Shown here piece by piece: positions 63,492 to 64,000 of a stretch of DNA of 64,000 bases (position 1 is the first letter of the stretch; each line of letters starts with the position of its first letter). The stretch lies in NCBI GenBank assembly GCA_002633005.1, contig NMRA01000556.1, positions 141,537 to 205,536 of the forward strand, given 5' to 3'. The notes under the pieces are model-generated. The model ran no database searches. It was not told the origin of the DNA and saw only the letters and a program-made list of their open reading frames with translations. A program made the translations under genes and the position numbers. The stretch is from Phoronis australis (taxonomy: Eukaryota > Animalia > Phoronida).

Positions 63492-64000
63492 AAACATCAG
63501 GTTGATGACGGTGAATCAGTAAATGGTCTAAATTAAAAAGTTCTTTGACAGTGAGAACGAGGCTTTATAATCACTTTAAAGATCGTTTTACGAGTATCGG
63601 TTGTGAGTGACATATACATGTACTCAGGAAGAGATAACCAGGAAGGGACAACTAGCTAAACCACCGTTTTTGGCCTCCTTCCCCGGTCTAATTTCAGGAC
63701 TTAAGTTTCGTTTAAAAGGAAACAGATGATTTTATCAGAGAGATTAAAGCTTTTTCTATAGAAGGATATCAAAAAACTCACTTTGCAACCTTAAACAGTG
63801 GTGTAATTGTACTTTAAAAATATCGACTTCAGAGCACTCAATCGCAACTTCCCACACGCAGTCACGGGTATTTAAGCTTTTCCGTCGATGTATAGATGGC
63901 GCAGTAGTCAAGTACTCCCTCATTTGCATATCAAATTTGCATGTGGGAGTTCTGAGACTCTCGTCAGTTGTTGGTCGAGCGCTTGAGTGGATAAAGCGGT

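Noticed and set aside
60983-64000. Search for the final Lhx3 coding exon
   Set aside because: I found no phase-1 acceptor followed by a convincing open frame, so it is presumed to lie beyond the window.

Overview
This is AT-rich, intron-rich eukaryotic DNA, most likely from an invertebrate deuterostome (inferred from the protein sequence and repeat landscape; the species cannot be fixed). The only well-supported gene is a plus-strand LIM-homeobox gene of the Lhx3/4 (Lim3) class. Its exons, read by hand with GT-AG boundaries in consistent phase, are LIM1 42017-42191, LIM2 58325-58527, homeodomain 59651-59853 and post-homeodomain 60859-60982. A probable first coding exon lies at 41871-41922, and the 3' end seems to lie beyond the window. 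The rest is intergenic or intronic DNA full of decayed LINE reverse-transcriptase fragments, a Tc1/mariner transposase relic, a Kolobok-like element, a THAP-bearing TIR element, several hAT-like MITEs, fold-back hairpins, mini- and microsatellites and assembly gaps. Most ORFs in the supplied track are spurious. I see no convincing new multi-gene system. The best leads are an unusual homeobox intron position, a DNA transposon family with apparent 5-bp TSDs that carries a tRNA-like Pol III module, a 314-bp near-perfect hairpin, and a possible unannotated spliced transcript at about 10-12 kb.
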